Assembly: GCF_037042905.1 (NCBI RefSeq) | Contig: NC_087263.1 | Span: forward strand, 3,162,001-3,226,000 | Length of the DNA stretch: 64,000 nt | Direction: 5' to 3' | Source of the DNA: Lytechinus pictus | Lineage: Eukaryota | Shown here: positions 38,823 through 51,815 of the stretch, piece by piece | Layout of the letters: every line of letters starts with the position of its first letter | Numbering within the stretch: position 1 is the first letter of the stretch | Program-made: the position numbers and the translations under genes | Notes under the pieces: model-generated | What the model saw: the letters and a program-made list of their open reading frames with translations, nothing else | Told to the model about the DNA's origin: nothing | The model's database searches: none

Positions 38823-41800
38823 TCACAAACAGTCGTCATCGTTCCACGTCATACGTAAATCTCTTCTTGCATGTTCAAGAAGACGGGCCATCAGCTGGGT
38901 AGATTTCCAACTCATCAAGGGGTGCTCCTTCAAACCTATATGGTGAAAAAAGGAGGAGGTCGGGCATTAAGAACAGACATCGATGTGAACTCTTAAAAGG
39001 GTGACGAATAAATGATAAAAAAAACCATAACGATAGAGAAGATCAAGACATAGGTGGCGACAAGATTTTTTTTTATAGGGAGGGGGGGGGGGTGGACGAC
39101 ATGAATTTGACGTCATATATTTTCTCAGCTGAAGTACTTGGTAACAGAGTTACATAGCCAAAGCTTCTCATTTTTCGATCCTTCTTCGCCCTTCCTTCTA
39201 TTTTTCTCCCTCTTTCCCCCTTTCCCCCCTCTTTTTATACTATTTGAACAATCATTGGGAATGGTCGCCCCTTGCTCCCCCCCCTCCCCTCTCGGCGTTT
39301 TTCCAGGATCAATGACGAGTGTAGATGTTTCGCCAGTTACTCAACAATTCGTCCTTATGGCTTTTGGGCCTGTGGGGTGTGGGCGGGGAGGGGGTAAATG
39401 CCCCTCTTGAGCCCCTCCCCATAAATTACTAACCTCTAGCTATCGCCTGTCTGACCGCTTCAGCCTCAAAGTACATGGCAGACCATTCCTGGCCGAAATG
39501 ATACGATTGGTCTGAGATTGGGTGGGTGAACTCAAAGAATGTAGACTCTTCTTCTTCATTAATCCACTCGAAACTTGATGGACGCCACATATTATTCGGA
39601 ATCTACCGTAGATATTATTGATATAAAATTAGATGGTATAAGTATGCAACTTTCATGCAACAAGTTCTACAACTGACTACACTTTATCGCACTTTGATTT
39701 TATCGATTTTATACATTTGGAATGATCGAATATTTCCTGAAAGGTTGATGTACTTATTTGCTATACAGTGCGTATTAAAAAAAGTTTACACTTTGAAAAA
39801 GACCTGGGAATTAAAAAATATACAACACGTGGGTAATGTTTTCACATATAATCTTGGGTTTGGGTCTCATCTATCCAATGAAAGTAAAAGTTTTGACAGA
39901 ATGTTACACCTGAGTGAGCACTGTCCATTTTTGTAAAGCTCGCAGAAATCTGTTTGCGCAGAAATTCTCGTTTTCAAGCTGTGTCAAGGGGAAAAGGGCG
40001 AAATCAAACTTACCCTGAGAAACATTTCTCATACACTTCCCTTGTGCTTTTAGTCAATTGAAATAAAACGGATACATTCAAGCATTTTGTTACAATTTTG
40101 CCACCAAAATTGAAATTTCAACACTTAGTAAGTACAATCTTTACCCTTTTTGTGCCAGCTGGATCCGAAGACATAACTCAATCTGAACAAAAGTTTATAT
40201 CAGACATCTCCAGCATTTTTTCATTAAGTTTTCATCATTTAAAGTGAGTCTATGTTTTATTTGTCATTTAATACTTGTTTCTCCACACTTTTCCAAAGCT
40301 TGACAATGATTAACAAAATGAAAATCAAGCCTTAGCCATTTCATGTAAATATCGGCTCAGTGTAAAGCAAATATCGTCACGATGGCCTCTGTGTGTGGGG
40401 GAATGGGGTGGGGTGCAATGCACTCTTTGAAGTGTTTTGGGCAAGGAAACAAGTTAAAAAAGGTAAAAGATATCTTCAAATCAATTTTACTAGCTAAATT
40501 CCACATGTTCTTCATGATGAAGGTCTACTTTTATTCGCATAACTATTTCAAAGTTCTGCGCAAATCATTTTTCACTAACTTTACAAAAGTAAGTGGTGCT
40601 CACTCAAGCAGAAATATTTTTCGACAGTTATATCGTCATTTGCTTAAATGGATCTGTACCAATATTAAAATGTGGAAAAATCTTTAGGATATTACAATTG
40701 TATAATTTTACAGGAGTTTTTCTAAGTTTAAACTTTTTTTGATACGCACTGTATATAACACTTCTTCCTATTGCTTGAGTTCAGTTTTGCTTTGGATATT
40801 GTTTCGTTTTTTTTAAATTAACACAAACAATGTTTACAGTAAATTTTCTTATCAATATTTAACTACATGTATTACATAAATGTGTACATCTGATATCTAT
40901 GTTGAAAATTGAAATGAAATGATGTAAACCAATGAATAAAAATATGTACGACCAGGGATGCTTAAAAAGAACACGACATTGTTTGAATCATGTTATCTAA
41001 TCATAATAATGAATTGAATTGAAAATAAAAGAACTATCGGTATTTTCTAATTAGTAAATCTACATCCATTTACCCTTATTCGACCCTTTGTTCCAATTAT
41101 GGTGATGTCATTTTGGTAGTTAGCCTTGGTACTACACGTCAAAGTCGCTATAGCGCCCCCTAGATAGAGCATGGTGGTCGTGAAGGTCTCATCGACGCCT
41201 AAATAAAATTGAGAAACATTGAAAGTGCAAATCAATGATATTCCGTTTACAAATAGAATTTAGAATTGGACACATTGGGGTGCAAGATTGAAGTGAACGT
41301 CTCTACAATGTACTTTACTAACAACGTACAACACCGTAAAACCTTATAATCCGTTTTTTCCGGAGTCCTCCTTTTATAAAACAAATAATGCAGTGAAAGC
41401 TCGGTTTCCTTTAAACAGTGTCAATTGGATACTCGCCTCATGACTCGTCACCACTGGTAAATAGATGGGTGCTTGGGCCCATGACCCCTACCCCCCCCCC
41501 CCAAAAAAAAAAGGTTTCACGCCCAAGACAAAAAAAGGGAAAGAGTGAAATATTACATTAAAATTATTTTCTAAATATTATGTAACCGGATAACCAGAAT
41601 AGTTGAGGAATCCGTGAGGGTATAATGAGAGAAGAGCCAGCCTACCAAACGCGAAGTTAGCCTTGGTTATCAGAAAGCTATCAAGACCCTATAAAACTGA
41701 CCAATCCCATGTAATTGCCTGTAACTGGTTTTAACCAGTGCTGACTGGTTTCAACCAGTCTGGTACATACCGTCCGAGTTGAGGAATCCATGTGTGTATA

Positions 41801-44258
41801 ATGAGAGGGGAGCCCTTCCAAACACCATGGCAGCCCAGTATATCAGGTATCCACCAAGATCATATAAACCACCTCCTCCTAAATCTAAAATAAGAAAATG
41901 GTTACCATAGTAACGTACTTTATATTATTTTTTTTTAAACACTTATCAATTGATATGCTATATGAAAAGCGGTGGTTATATTGTTTTTATACAACGTTTA
42001 AAATATGGGGACGTCTTGTCACTATGATTTTACAAAAAAATTATTTTGTTTATGATACACTATTCCATAACAATAATCGAGAGACAGAATTAAAAGATAA
42101 ATACAAAAACTGAAGAAATATACATCAAAAAAATATATGTAATGTAATACGGGACATTTATCGTGTATATTGTGATTGTAGGGTCACTTTCAAACTGGGG
42201 CCGAGGAACAGTTATGAAATGGGGGGGGGGGGGGACTGGCTGACAATGCAAAAATCCCAATCAGATGGTCACTTTGTGTTTCGTACACTTTTTTTAAGTG
42301 GGGGGGGGGGGGGGGGGGGGCTAAAGCTATCTCACCGATTCCGCGGCCCCATGCAGTCAAAGATTCCTGTCCTTGATTTGATTTGAATTATTTACCCTTT
42401 CTTGAGATGCGCTCTACATGTGATATATTCTGGCCGTGGTTTGCGAGCAGAGCTCTGACGTCACCAAGTTGCCCGGATGTAATGATTTCTCTGATTTTCT
42501 CGCAGGCTGGAAAGAAAGCTGTCCACATTCCCTGTACAAATAAAATGTCACATAAAAAGTAAAAAACACGAGAAAGGAGTAATAAGGAATAACAATATGT
42601 TTCTTCGTAGAGTTCATTCAAAATTCAGTCACTCGTAACCATGGCAACAAAGGAATTGCCAAGAAAAATTATAAACCTCGTCAATGACAATTAGCGGATC
42701 CAGTCGAATTGGATACAATATAATTCCAGGTCCGGCATTGTTTGTGCACAAAACTATTTTGTCTAATCCTGCTGGATCTGTACCTTAAAACGCAAGTAGT
42801 GTTGCTGTTCTGGGCCCCGTTGCACCATCCAACGGTAACTACCATGGCTACGATGATCACAAGCCAATCACAATTGACGATTCCATACAAGTTACCATTG
42901 CATGGCAAAGTTACCATAATACCTTTTTATGCAACGGGGCCCTGGCGATTTGGGAGATTTTTTATGAGTTTGCCTTAATTTATTTATTTATTTTTTTTTT
43001 TTTGGGGGGGGGGGAGGGGCTTATCGCGAAAGCTGTGACAGCTGTCATCTCGGAGTGGTTTATGTGTGTCGTAGAGCACCGACGAAATAAACGAAACGGT
43101 GATTTGTGACTTATTTTGACCATAGTGTCATTTTGAGTGACTTTTTCTTTTAAGTTTTAGTACCAAAATGTAAAAGATGAGATCTGAATATTGCAATCGA
43201 TTGCAAATTCATATTCTCTATGATGTGCACTTACCTCCATAAAAAAGACGCCATTTTGTTTTGCCGATTTGAGGATCTCCTGTGTATCTCTGACCGTTAG
43301 TGATATGGGCTTCTCACACAACACGTGTTTCTTGTGCTCTATGAACAGTAGACAGTGCTCAAGGTGCTTGGTGTTAATAGATGCCACGTAAACGATGTCT
43401 GGTAATAGAGAGAGAGAAAAAAAACAGATAGGGGAGGGAGGAGGGTGGACACAGAGAAGTATCGTCCCGATGTTGGGACAGAAAAGTTAAATTTTAAAAT
43501 TCATTTCTCATATTAAACAGAGAATTTTGCACTGCCACATAATTTCTGTAAAGTTTACATGATGACGAATTAGGCACTAGTGAGTAGGCTTACAATGCGA
43601 CCCCCTGGTTTTAGAATACTCTCTTTTACACGAATCCAAGCATACCCTATAAACTTGCTAAACCTTTGTTTTGCCATAATATGCAAAAAGTATGATTATA
43701 CTTTTAAATATGAAAAAATGACTTTACAAGTGGCAATTCCCCTCTGTTTTCCCTGTTTTGCAATAAATAATAATAGACAGTTCATGTATAGCGCATAACA
43801 CATTATAAATAACGTCTCTATGCACTTCCAAAGGACTTGGATATTAATAAATTAATATTAATAAAGAAACAAAAGTTTAGCCTATTACATTATCATGAAC
43901 GCACGACAAAGTTAAGGTACCCTTAATATGTCTTACCAACACTGGGGTCTTTCGCAAGCTCCTCGTAGCTTCCGTAGGCCTTCTCGATCTTGAACTCGTC
44001 CGCGAATTTCCTCGCCCGATCCGCTGACCGAGACGCCACGGCGACGACCTCGTGCTGGCGTTCATGGCCGACGAGACTGGCGACGAAGTCGTGCGCGATC
44101 AGGCCCGTGGCGCATATCCCCCATCGCAGCGGGGCTGGACCTTCCAAAACGACACTCAAGTCGATGTTCTTAATAGTGACGTCTTCATCAGGGTTTATAT
44201 CGGTAATGCCAAAATCACCAAGATTTACTTCTGGTCTTTCTGGAGCCGATGCCGACAT
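38823..44258 (-). CDS. DHDH: DHDH-like dimeric dihydrodiol dehydrogenase / D-xylose 1-dehydrogenase (Gfo/Idh/MocA), paralog A, 380 aa; exons 44258-43937, 43398-43235, 42531-42396, 41884-41771, 41198-41074, 39602-39434, 38935-38823
   Basis: Seven GT-AG exons total 1143 nt and stay in frame. Motifs: LRWGI..TGLIAHDF (Rossmann), AYGSYEELAKDP, VLCEKP, FFMEGMWT.FFP, LGGGGLYDLGGY, GVDE, IIGTKGRI. Confidence 0.92.
39766..40751. mobile_element. Non-autonomous Tc1/mariner-type element in DHDH-A intron 5
   Basis: TIR CAGTGCGTAT.AAAAAAAGTTTA / TAAACTTTTTTTGATACGCACTG with TA TSD. Confidence 0.85.
41595..41695 (-). pseudogene. Degenerate tandem copy (pseudo-exon) of DHDH-A exon 4
   Basis: Direct repeat offset 176 nt from exon 4; translates GLDSFLITKANFAFGRLALLSLYPHGFLNYSG versus DLGGYLIYWAAMVFGR-APLSLYTHGFLNSDG. 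Confidence 0.75.
42813..42941. mobile_element. Harbinger-type MITE with CTG TSD
   Basis: CTG|GGCCCCGTTGCA...TGCAACGGGGCC|CTG. Confidence 0.85.
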
Positions 44259-44491
44259 AGCTGTTTTTACTGCGTTTCCTCCCAAGACTCAAATTCTGTT
44301 CATGTACATGATGTATTCATAAATCTTCGTCCTAATGATATGATATTAGAAGATTGTGATCGAATCTGGAAGCTGTGTTTCAGACCTTATTTCTGAAAAT
44401 ATCCAGTGTTTAAGCTCAAATATCTATTGATAGAGGTGGGAAAAATACAATCGTGAATTATCATGAATAGGCCTAACAATACGATAGTTAA

Positions 44492-44869
44492 AGTGATTGG
44501 TTAACATTGGTTTGACTTTTAAAAAATCTGAGCTAGAAGGTCACACTTGTCACCTGTGTCTGTGATATGTTACAAAAATGAAGCCCAGAAAAAATTGCGT
44601 TCGAAAATAATTATTTAGTGCTTCAAAAATTGAAATATAAAGTGACCGAAAACACCATCTTAATTTCATCCCATACACTTATGTGTACTATTTAGGCGTC
44701 TATAAGACGCCTATTTACAAAATCGGGGTTTGCCTTGTAGTTTTGGCTTTTCATTCTCAATAATGGTTGTTTTCAGGGTTTATTAGTTCTAATACATGCA
44801 CTTGTACACATTTTTCATCTTGGTTTGATAATTTTTTAAATCGGCTGCTCACAAAGTTAAACAATACCT
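44492..44869. mobile_element. TTAA-target non-autonomous DNA transposon (Kolobok-like)
   Basis: TTAA|AGTGATTGGTTAACATT...AAAGTTAAACAATACCT|TTAA. Confidence 0.7.
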
Positions 44870-45258
44870 TTAAGTTCTTTGAAGACAGTTCGTAGACATC
44901 ACTAACATATGACGAATGAAGCCTTGATGTTGGCGAAATTGAGTCTCAATATAGTAAACCTGTATAAAGAAGATTGAAGATACACATTAAGATACGTTGT
45001 CCAGTCGTTTTTCCCATGTAGGACAGATGGTATATCACCAGATCATAAGATGCTGTATTGAATGATCAAATCCAATATTCGCTATCTTTATGACTTGAGC
45101 TGAATCCAGGTAGACCGGCATATTTCAAATGCTAGTACAACAGGTTAGTGTCGAAATAAGAAATAAGAAACTTGATGTTCCTTCCGGCTTTGTGGATCAT
45201 CACTACCAGAATTGTAAGTAAGTACACAAACGGAAATAAATAGTGTTGAGTGGCTCAC

Positions 45259-45390
45259 CTGTAATTGGTTTGTGAAAATCGCTATAATATAATGAACTTT
45301 GATCTTTTAAGGCTCAAACAGTCTCAATGCCCAACCCCGACTTTCAGGACTCAGAAGATCGTTAACATCTATGTTTGTATCTCCGCTATA
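45259..45390 (-). other. Probable non-coding first exon of DHDH-A
   Basis: Donor CAG|GTGAGC at 45259 on -; matching acceptor ATTTTCAG| at 44392 upstream of the ATG. Upstream boundary is uncertain. Confidence 0.45.
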
Positions 45391-46384
45391 AGCATGGCCC
45401 TGGGAAGCAGGAGTGCTGAATCACCCCCAAAGATTTTCCGATGGGGGAGGGGGGGGGGGGGGGGGGGGCTGCGTGTGTTATTCTCTATAGGCATGCACCC
45501 CTGGAATTCTGTTATAGGTGCAGCAAAATGTAGATGTAGAAAATATATAACTAAAATGACCTACATTTTGTAATGAAATCCTTTTTTATTAATGCCTTTT
45601 TTTTGCTTGGGTTAAATTTCTCTGGAACAGGATGACCTCCATGTTGTAGTAAAACCCCTTTTCTTCTTTTTTTTTTGCTTGTCAATTTTTTCTGGACCAA
45701 ATTGACCTTTGTCCTTGTCAAATTTACATCATTTACATCACCCCCTGTAAAAAAAATCGTTCCCAGGTCCCTGGACATAAAGCTTGTTATACAGTACATA
45801 ATTGTAAACTCAACATTTAAATGAATTTAACAAATTGACCGCTAAATAATGTAACAAGACAACATTATTCAAATAGTCACAAGATTAAGACAATAACGCA
45901 CTATAACTTCATAAAAAAAACTTGGCGCAAAGATTCCCGTTGTTCCCGTCAAAATAATGTAAATATCAATATTTGAGGGGCACCAAATGGCACAAAGACA
46001 AATTCATGAAAAGAAGTCGCTTATCGATCAAAAAACAGAAATTGATGTAATATATATAAATTATTTCACCCTTCTTCCTTTTCTATTTTGTGTTCTTATT
46101 CGTGAAACCTTTGGTGTTAAGTGCCTTCAGCCAGTGAGTGCAATATGTAACTACTGTTTTATTTGTACAAGAGCCGTTTACAAATCATTCAATCAGTTCT
46201 TAGCTTAGCCCGAGTTTTGTAGACATATTGGTCAACATGACGAAAGCTTTAAAAATGATTGGTACATCTTTCTCTAAAGAAATAAACATACTTCAGACGA
46301 GACGAGTTTACAATAAACGTCGAGATCATACAATTTACTTGACAGCTACTATAGAAATAATCAATCAAATAATCAATCAGTAAA

Positions 46385-46585
46385 ATTTCCAAGAGGGATC
46401 CACACTTTACAAGCTTTGCTTTTTAGTGGGCCCCCCTCTTTTCCATTTATGCTCAATATTATACTGTTTTTTGTTTTACGAAGTAAGAATGCTCGTCTGT
46501 AAAATTGTAATTGATTTGTATTACTCTATATTACTTTGTATTATGTTTTGAATGGAAATGGAATAAAGAATTGAATTGAAATTGG
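46385..46585 (+). mobile_element. 5'-truncated non-LTR retroelement 3' end
   Basis: Matches 26101-26314 in inverted orientation; stem-loop, then AATAAA and a GAATT-type tail. Confidence 0.75.
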
Positions 46586-46777
46586 ATTAAAAAAAACTTA
46601 AGTATAAACGATTCTTTATCCTTAATTGAGTAATCCACAATGTTTTAACCTATATCATTGTTAGTACAGCAAATAGGAAATGGTAAACAGTGCTTACGTC
46701 GATCAATGCGACCGGGATGGGTTTTTTCTTCGGGGATTTTTATGTTATTTTTTATTTGGGAATTTTCGTTTTCATTA

Positions 46778-46951
46778 CACAGTAAAAAAAATAGCACATT
46801 GTTTAATCCTGTCACTCTAACAACAAGTTGTTTAAACTTTTTTTTGTAATTCAAACTTTTTAAACAACTTGTTTAAAAAGTTTAAACAGAAGTTGTTAGA
46901 GTGATGGGCCTAAACAACGTGCTTAAAACTTTAAACAGCGTTTTTACAGTG
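46778..46951. mobile_element. Palindromic MITE, CACAG/CAGTG termini, TA flanks
   Basis: TA|CACAGTAAAAA...TTTTTACAGTG|TA with long internal inverted arms. Confidence 0.8.
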
Positions 46952-47352
46952 TATACTATGCTATTATGACACAATGCGTGTCTAATATAATGCCATTGAC
47001 TTTCGAAAGTGATAGTGCCCGGTTTGGATCATGTTTTTTTTTTTTTTATCATGCCCTTTTTTTACAACACAGCGCCCCCCAAATATGAATAGTAACTTGT
47101 ACATATTTGCTGACGTTAAGAGTACACAGCTACCTGGAATATTTCGCGTTTTAGTGTTTTGTGACAAAAACTAACATTTGCATTTCATATTTACAAAGAA
47201 GGCAATAAGCGTTTCAGTAGTTTGTTCAGCATTGTTCAGCAATATGGGAGTGTTGTTTAAAGAATAAAGTCTTTCATGATCATGATGATGGAAAATAAAA
47301 CCAGCCAGGAAAATTGCAGAAACATGTTGGGTGAGAATTCATCAAATTACTC

Positions 47353-47712
47353 TTGATTGTCTACAAAACACTGAATAAACAGGCTCCACAGTATTTAAGT
47401 AACTGCTTGAATCTGTATACACCAACTAGAGCACTTAGGTCGGCCAGTGATCACCTTCGCCTCATATATTCATTAACTCGTACATTAGCTGGTGACAGAA
47501 CTTTTACGGTGTCGGCTTCAAAATCCTGGAACGACCTGCCACTAATAATTAGACAGTCTCCAACATTAGCAATTTTCAAAAAGTCATTAAAAACTCATCT
47601 CTTTCGTACTTTGTAGTTTTTAAAATATTACATTTAATTAATTCATAGTAAGCGCTTTGGGCCTAATGGGAAAAGCGCAGTACAAATAATAAGTAATAAT
47701 AATAATAATAAC
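47353..47712 (+). mobile_element. L2-clade LINE 3' fragment
   Basis: ORF2 C-terminus (APQYLS..L..YTPTRALRS, WNDLP, FKKSLKTHLF), then a GTAAGCGCT..AAAGCGC stem-loop and a (TAA)n tail. Confidence 0.85.
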
Positions 47713-48333
47713 ATAATGATTTTTTTTCAAGTTTTAATTTTTGACATAGCATATGAGCAGTCTCCATAATTATCACTTTCTAAGAAAAATAAAATTGTGC
47801 ATTCAACTTACAATTATTCCTAATGTTTCATACATGCTATTATAAATACAGATCACGAGGCAATAAAATGATAGGTGATAATGATTACATGGTATATGGA
47901 AGATCCGCTGGCACGTGACGTTATAAATCCAAATGCATAACAAATCCACAACTCCGTTATGGATCTTGGCCAAACTTTCATCAATACTTCTCGTATCGTT
48001 TTAGTCCAAACAAAACGATGTCAGGGTGGACTTCCCCTTTTAAAACCAATCCCATACTAGTCATATTACTAACAAACCTGAAGTGACTGTTGAACAATGT
48101 CTTACAGTAATTAAAACAGAACTTTGAGCATCAGCCATGCATGGACTAATAGGTCAATAGCTGTTAAACAAACGTACCATCGCTCAAGTTATTTCGTTAG
48201 CGGTTGACGTTTGTAATGACTTAGTACACATTTGACGAAAAAAATATTCAGGACTGTGAAGTTATATTGATGTTCTTCTGATCGTAATATTAGTGGATTT
48301 GTAAATGTTTATTGAACGAATATTAATATCATA

Positions 48334-48546
48334 CACAGCAAAAACTGTGGTGTTAACCGGTGTACATATATGACCACATGTTATTTTACATCGGTGTTAA
48401 ATTGGTGGTGTTAGTTTTACACCTATAGGTGTTATTACACCTTTGGTTGTTACATTTACACCCTTTGGTGTTACGTTCACACCTCAGGGTGTGGTCCTCT
48501 ATTAACACCAACTTGTGTCAGTTTTAACACCACAGTTTTTCCAGTG
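48334..48546. mobile_element. Palindromic MITE, CAC termini, TA TSD (EnSpm/CMC-like)
   Basis: TA|CACAGCAAAAACTGTGGTGTTAA...TTAACACCACAGTTTTTCCAGTG|TA. Confidence 0.85.
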
Positions 48547-48818
48547 TAATCTTAGGTAGCATACTCCGTTTCTGTGCGATTACTGCCAGAGAAAAAAATA
48601 CCGTTGACCACAGTGTGTCAAAGTCGTCACAGTTTGAACTTCAAATGAGAAGATGTTTGAAGAATGCTTGCATGGTGTCGTGACGAATCGCGGAAGTTGT
48701 TTTCTATACACCATGTGTAAAGTCCTTAGATAATTTATTTATCCACTTTAAAAGTGGATATAGGTAGAAGTGAAATGGATTTGCGAAAATATCTTTCGGA
48801 AATGAATCTAGTCCTAAA

Positions 48819-49393
48819 AGGACAAGTCTACCCCAACTAAAAATTGATTTGAATAAAAAGAGAAAAATCCAACAAGCATAACAATTAAAATTTCATCAAG
48901 GTCGGATGTAATCTCAGAAAGTTATGACATTTTAAAATTTCGCTTAATTTCACAAAACAGTTATATACACATCCTGGTCGGTATGCAATGAGGCGACTGA
49001 TGATGCCATCCACTCACTATTTCTTTCGTATTTTATTACATGAAATATTCTAATTTTCTCCTCAATGTCAAGTGAGACATCGATTAAATCATCCCTGAAC
49101 ATGTGGAATTAGCATTGTTTAATACTAATATATGGTTCAGTCAAGTTTGTCCTTATTGTCAAATCTGTAAAAAATCAAACAATAAAAACAAATATTGAGT
49201 GAGGCGCATCATCGACTCTCTCATTTGCATGTCACTTAGTTGTGCATATCACTGTTTTGTAAAAAATAAGCGAAACTTTAAAATGTCATCACTTTCTTAT
49301 TTTACATCCGATTTTTATGAAATTGTCAGAGTTAAGCTAGTGTGATTTTCTCTATTGATTCGAATCAAAAATTTTCTGGGTTGGACTTGACCT
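48819..49393. mobile_element. TTAA-target non-autonomous DNA transposon (Kolobok-like)
   Basis: TAAA|AGGACAAGTCTACCCCA...TGGGTTGGACTTGACCT|TTAA. Confidence 0.75.
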
Positions 49394-49739
49394 TTAAAAT
49401 TATTGAATTGAGTATGTTGTCAGTGTGAAGCAAACATACACAATTCATTTTCACACAATAAGGTAGAGACTCTCTAGCAATTTCGCACAGTACGAAATAA
49501 TAGTCTCACCATTACATGTACTAACGTCTTTAGTTCTTAAATCAAATGCTCTGAGTTGTAACTGTGAACGCACTGTGTTATTTCGGACAGGTCTGGACTG
49601 TACCTGAAGTCGGTCATTATTTTGGTTAAAAAAAAACATACACAAGAGTATTAATTTCCGTTTATCTTCGTCTATATTTCATAGAAAGATCAGAGCGAAT
49701 GAATATATCAATGCAAGAAAATTGAATCAAGTAAACGTT

Positions 49740-51030
49740 ATGGATTCAGGGGTTCTGTCTACGCATGGTTGTCATCGTACCTGATGGGAAGATCACATGT
49801 AGTAAAGATTTGAAATGACTACTCCCATTAAGTAGGAGATGACTCTGGTGTGCCTCAGGGTTCGGTAATGGGGCCCATTCTGTTCACATTGTAAAGTGCT
49901 CCAATCTATGACATCATCAAGGCTCATGATCTCAACTGCATGATATATGCGGATGATATTCAGGTTTATCTTTCTTTTCCGTCAAATGGAAGGGGCAATG
50001 CCGTTTGTTGTATGAATGCCTGTATTAAATACATTATATTGTGGTCATCCAAGAACATGCTTTTTGTCAATTCTTCTAAGACTGAAGTATTACATTTTAC
50101 TTCAAGATTTGTCTCCAATACACTACCTGCTCTAAATGTCATTGTGGATGGAGTTAATCTACCTGCAGTCCAAAAAGCTCGTAACCTTGGTGTTATCATG
50201 GACAAGCATCTATCAATGGTAGATCACATCACCAAGACTTGTCAGTCAGCTATCATTGCTATTCGTAAAATTGGTCAGATAAGGCATTTTCTTAATCAGA
50301 AATCAATTGCACTACTTGTTCACTCACTAATTATATCTCATGTTGATAAATGTAATTATCTTTTATATGGCCTACCCCAAACCCAGTTGAACCGTCTACA
50401 AAGAATCCAGAATACAGCGGCAAGGCTCATAACAGGCGCTGGCGCACGTGACTCAATTTCTCCTGTACTAGTTAAGCTCCATTGGTTGCCCGTTGAAAAA
50501 CGTATAATCTTTAAGATACTCATCCTCTGTTATAAAGCCCAGAATTGCCTCTTCCCACAGTACATATCAGAACTCATAGAACCATATAAACCAAGACGTA
50601 ACCTTCGATCATCCTCACAACATCTTCTCACTGTTCCATCCGCATATACAAATACATATGGTCAAAGAGCCCTTTCTTTATCTGCCCCTGTACTCTGGAA
50701 TTATCTTCCGTTAAATATGAGAACTGCACCATCCTTCCCCATCTTTAAATCAATGCTCAAAACTCACTTATTTTCAAAATAGTCTTTTTATAATGTTAAA
50801 TATATTATGTTGTTAAATATTGTAAGTTTTCATTTCATTAGTGATGTAACTTTATGTATTGATTTAATTTGTTCTAATTTGTATTAAGTATTTTAGGATT
50901 AAGGTTTAGGCTTATTGTATAATTCAGATAAGATTTAATGTATTAGTTATTGAATATATTTTGTAAAGTGCATAGAGAGTCTTTTGACTATTATGCGCCA
51001 TATAAATTTCAAATATTATTATTATTATTA
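49740..51030 (+). mobile_element. 5'-truncated, decayed L2-clade LINE (reverse transcriptase C-terminal half)
   Basis: GVPQGSVMGPILFTL* (in-frame stop), YADD, ARNLGV, LQRIQNTAARL, LHWLPV..RIIFK, FKSMLKTHLF; 3' stem-loop and (TTA)n tail. Confidence 0.95.
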
Positions 51031-51292
51031 AACCTTAAAATACAATGTATTTTTTTTAAATTATTATATATCAAAGTATTTAATGTCTATTTCAGATCAC
51101 TCAAAGTAGGGCATCATTGGTCGCCCTTAATATCTTAAGTGATTTTTTTTCTTCAAATGGATGATCAGGACGTTAGTCTCTTCACTTAAAACTTGTGTGA
51201 TAAGACACAATAGACGAGGGTTGTGCTATCTCGCTCTCTCGATCGAACCAACGATATTTTTCAGAATAATACCATGGAAATAGAAAATAATA

Positions 51293-51491
51293 CACTCTTA
51301 AAAATGTTGGGCAACACACTGTCCACACAACAATTGGATAAAACTTTATCAAATTCTGGGTAGTTTTAAACCAATAATGTGTGCTTTGGGTGAAACTATA
51401 TACACAGTATTGGTTGAAAACTACCCAGAGTTGGATACATTTTTAAACCATTTGTTGTGTGGACAGTACGTTGCCCAACATTTTAAGAGTG
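51293..51491. mobile_element. Palindromic MITE, CACT termini
   Basis: TA|CACTCTTAAAAATGTTGGGCAAC...GTTGCCCAACATTTTAAGAGTG. Confidence 0.85.
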
Positions 51492-51527
51492 AAATACTCC
51501 CGCCCCTTTATACACAAAGTCCATAGT

Positions 51528-51815
51528 GGGGGCGTCGTGTTCTGGTAGTCATGACTCTCGTCTTGCAATCTGAAGGACGTGAGTTCAATTCCAATCCATG
51601 GCATGTTTTCCTTCAGCAAGAAATGTATCCACATATGTGTTATCCTCAACCCAGGTGAGGTGAATGGGTACCTGGTGGGAATTTATTCCTTGAAACGCAC
51701 TGCGTATAACAGCTGCTCTGCTAAAGCTAGTGTAATAATACTGCCCTAATGTAAAGCGCTTAGAGACTTCTGATAAAGTAAGTGTTAAGCGCTAAATAAA
51801 CAAGTATAATTATAA
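51528..51815 (+). mobile_element. tRNA-derived SINE with L2-like 3' tail
   Basis: tRNA-like head with degenerate A/B boxes (GAGTTCAATTCC); core CAACCCAGGTGAGGTGAATGGGTACC; tail TGTAAAGCGCTTAGAGAC..AAGCGCTAAATAAA. Confidence 0.85.

Noticed and set aside
45393-45773. hAT-like element near the DHDH-A promoter
   Set aside because: Termini are only loosely inverted and the 8-bp flanks differ (GCTATAAG vs GACATAAA); too degraded to call.
49940-50782. 280-aa RT ORF as a functional or domesticated gene
   Set aside because: In-frame stops immediately upstream inside the RT domain and 5' truncation indicate a dead L2 copy.
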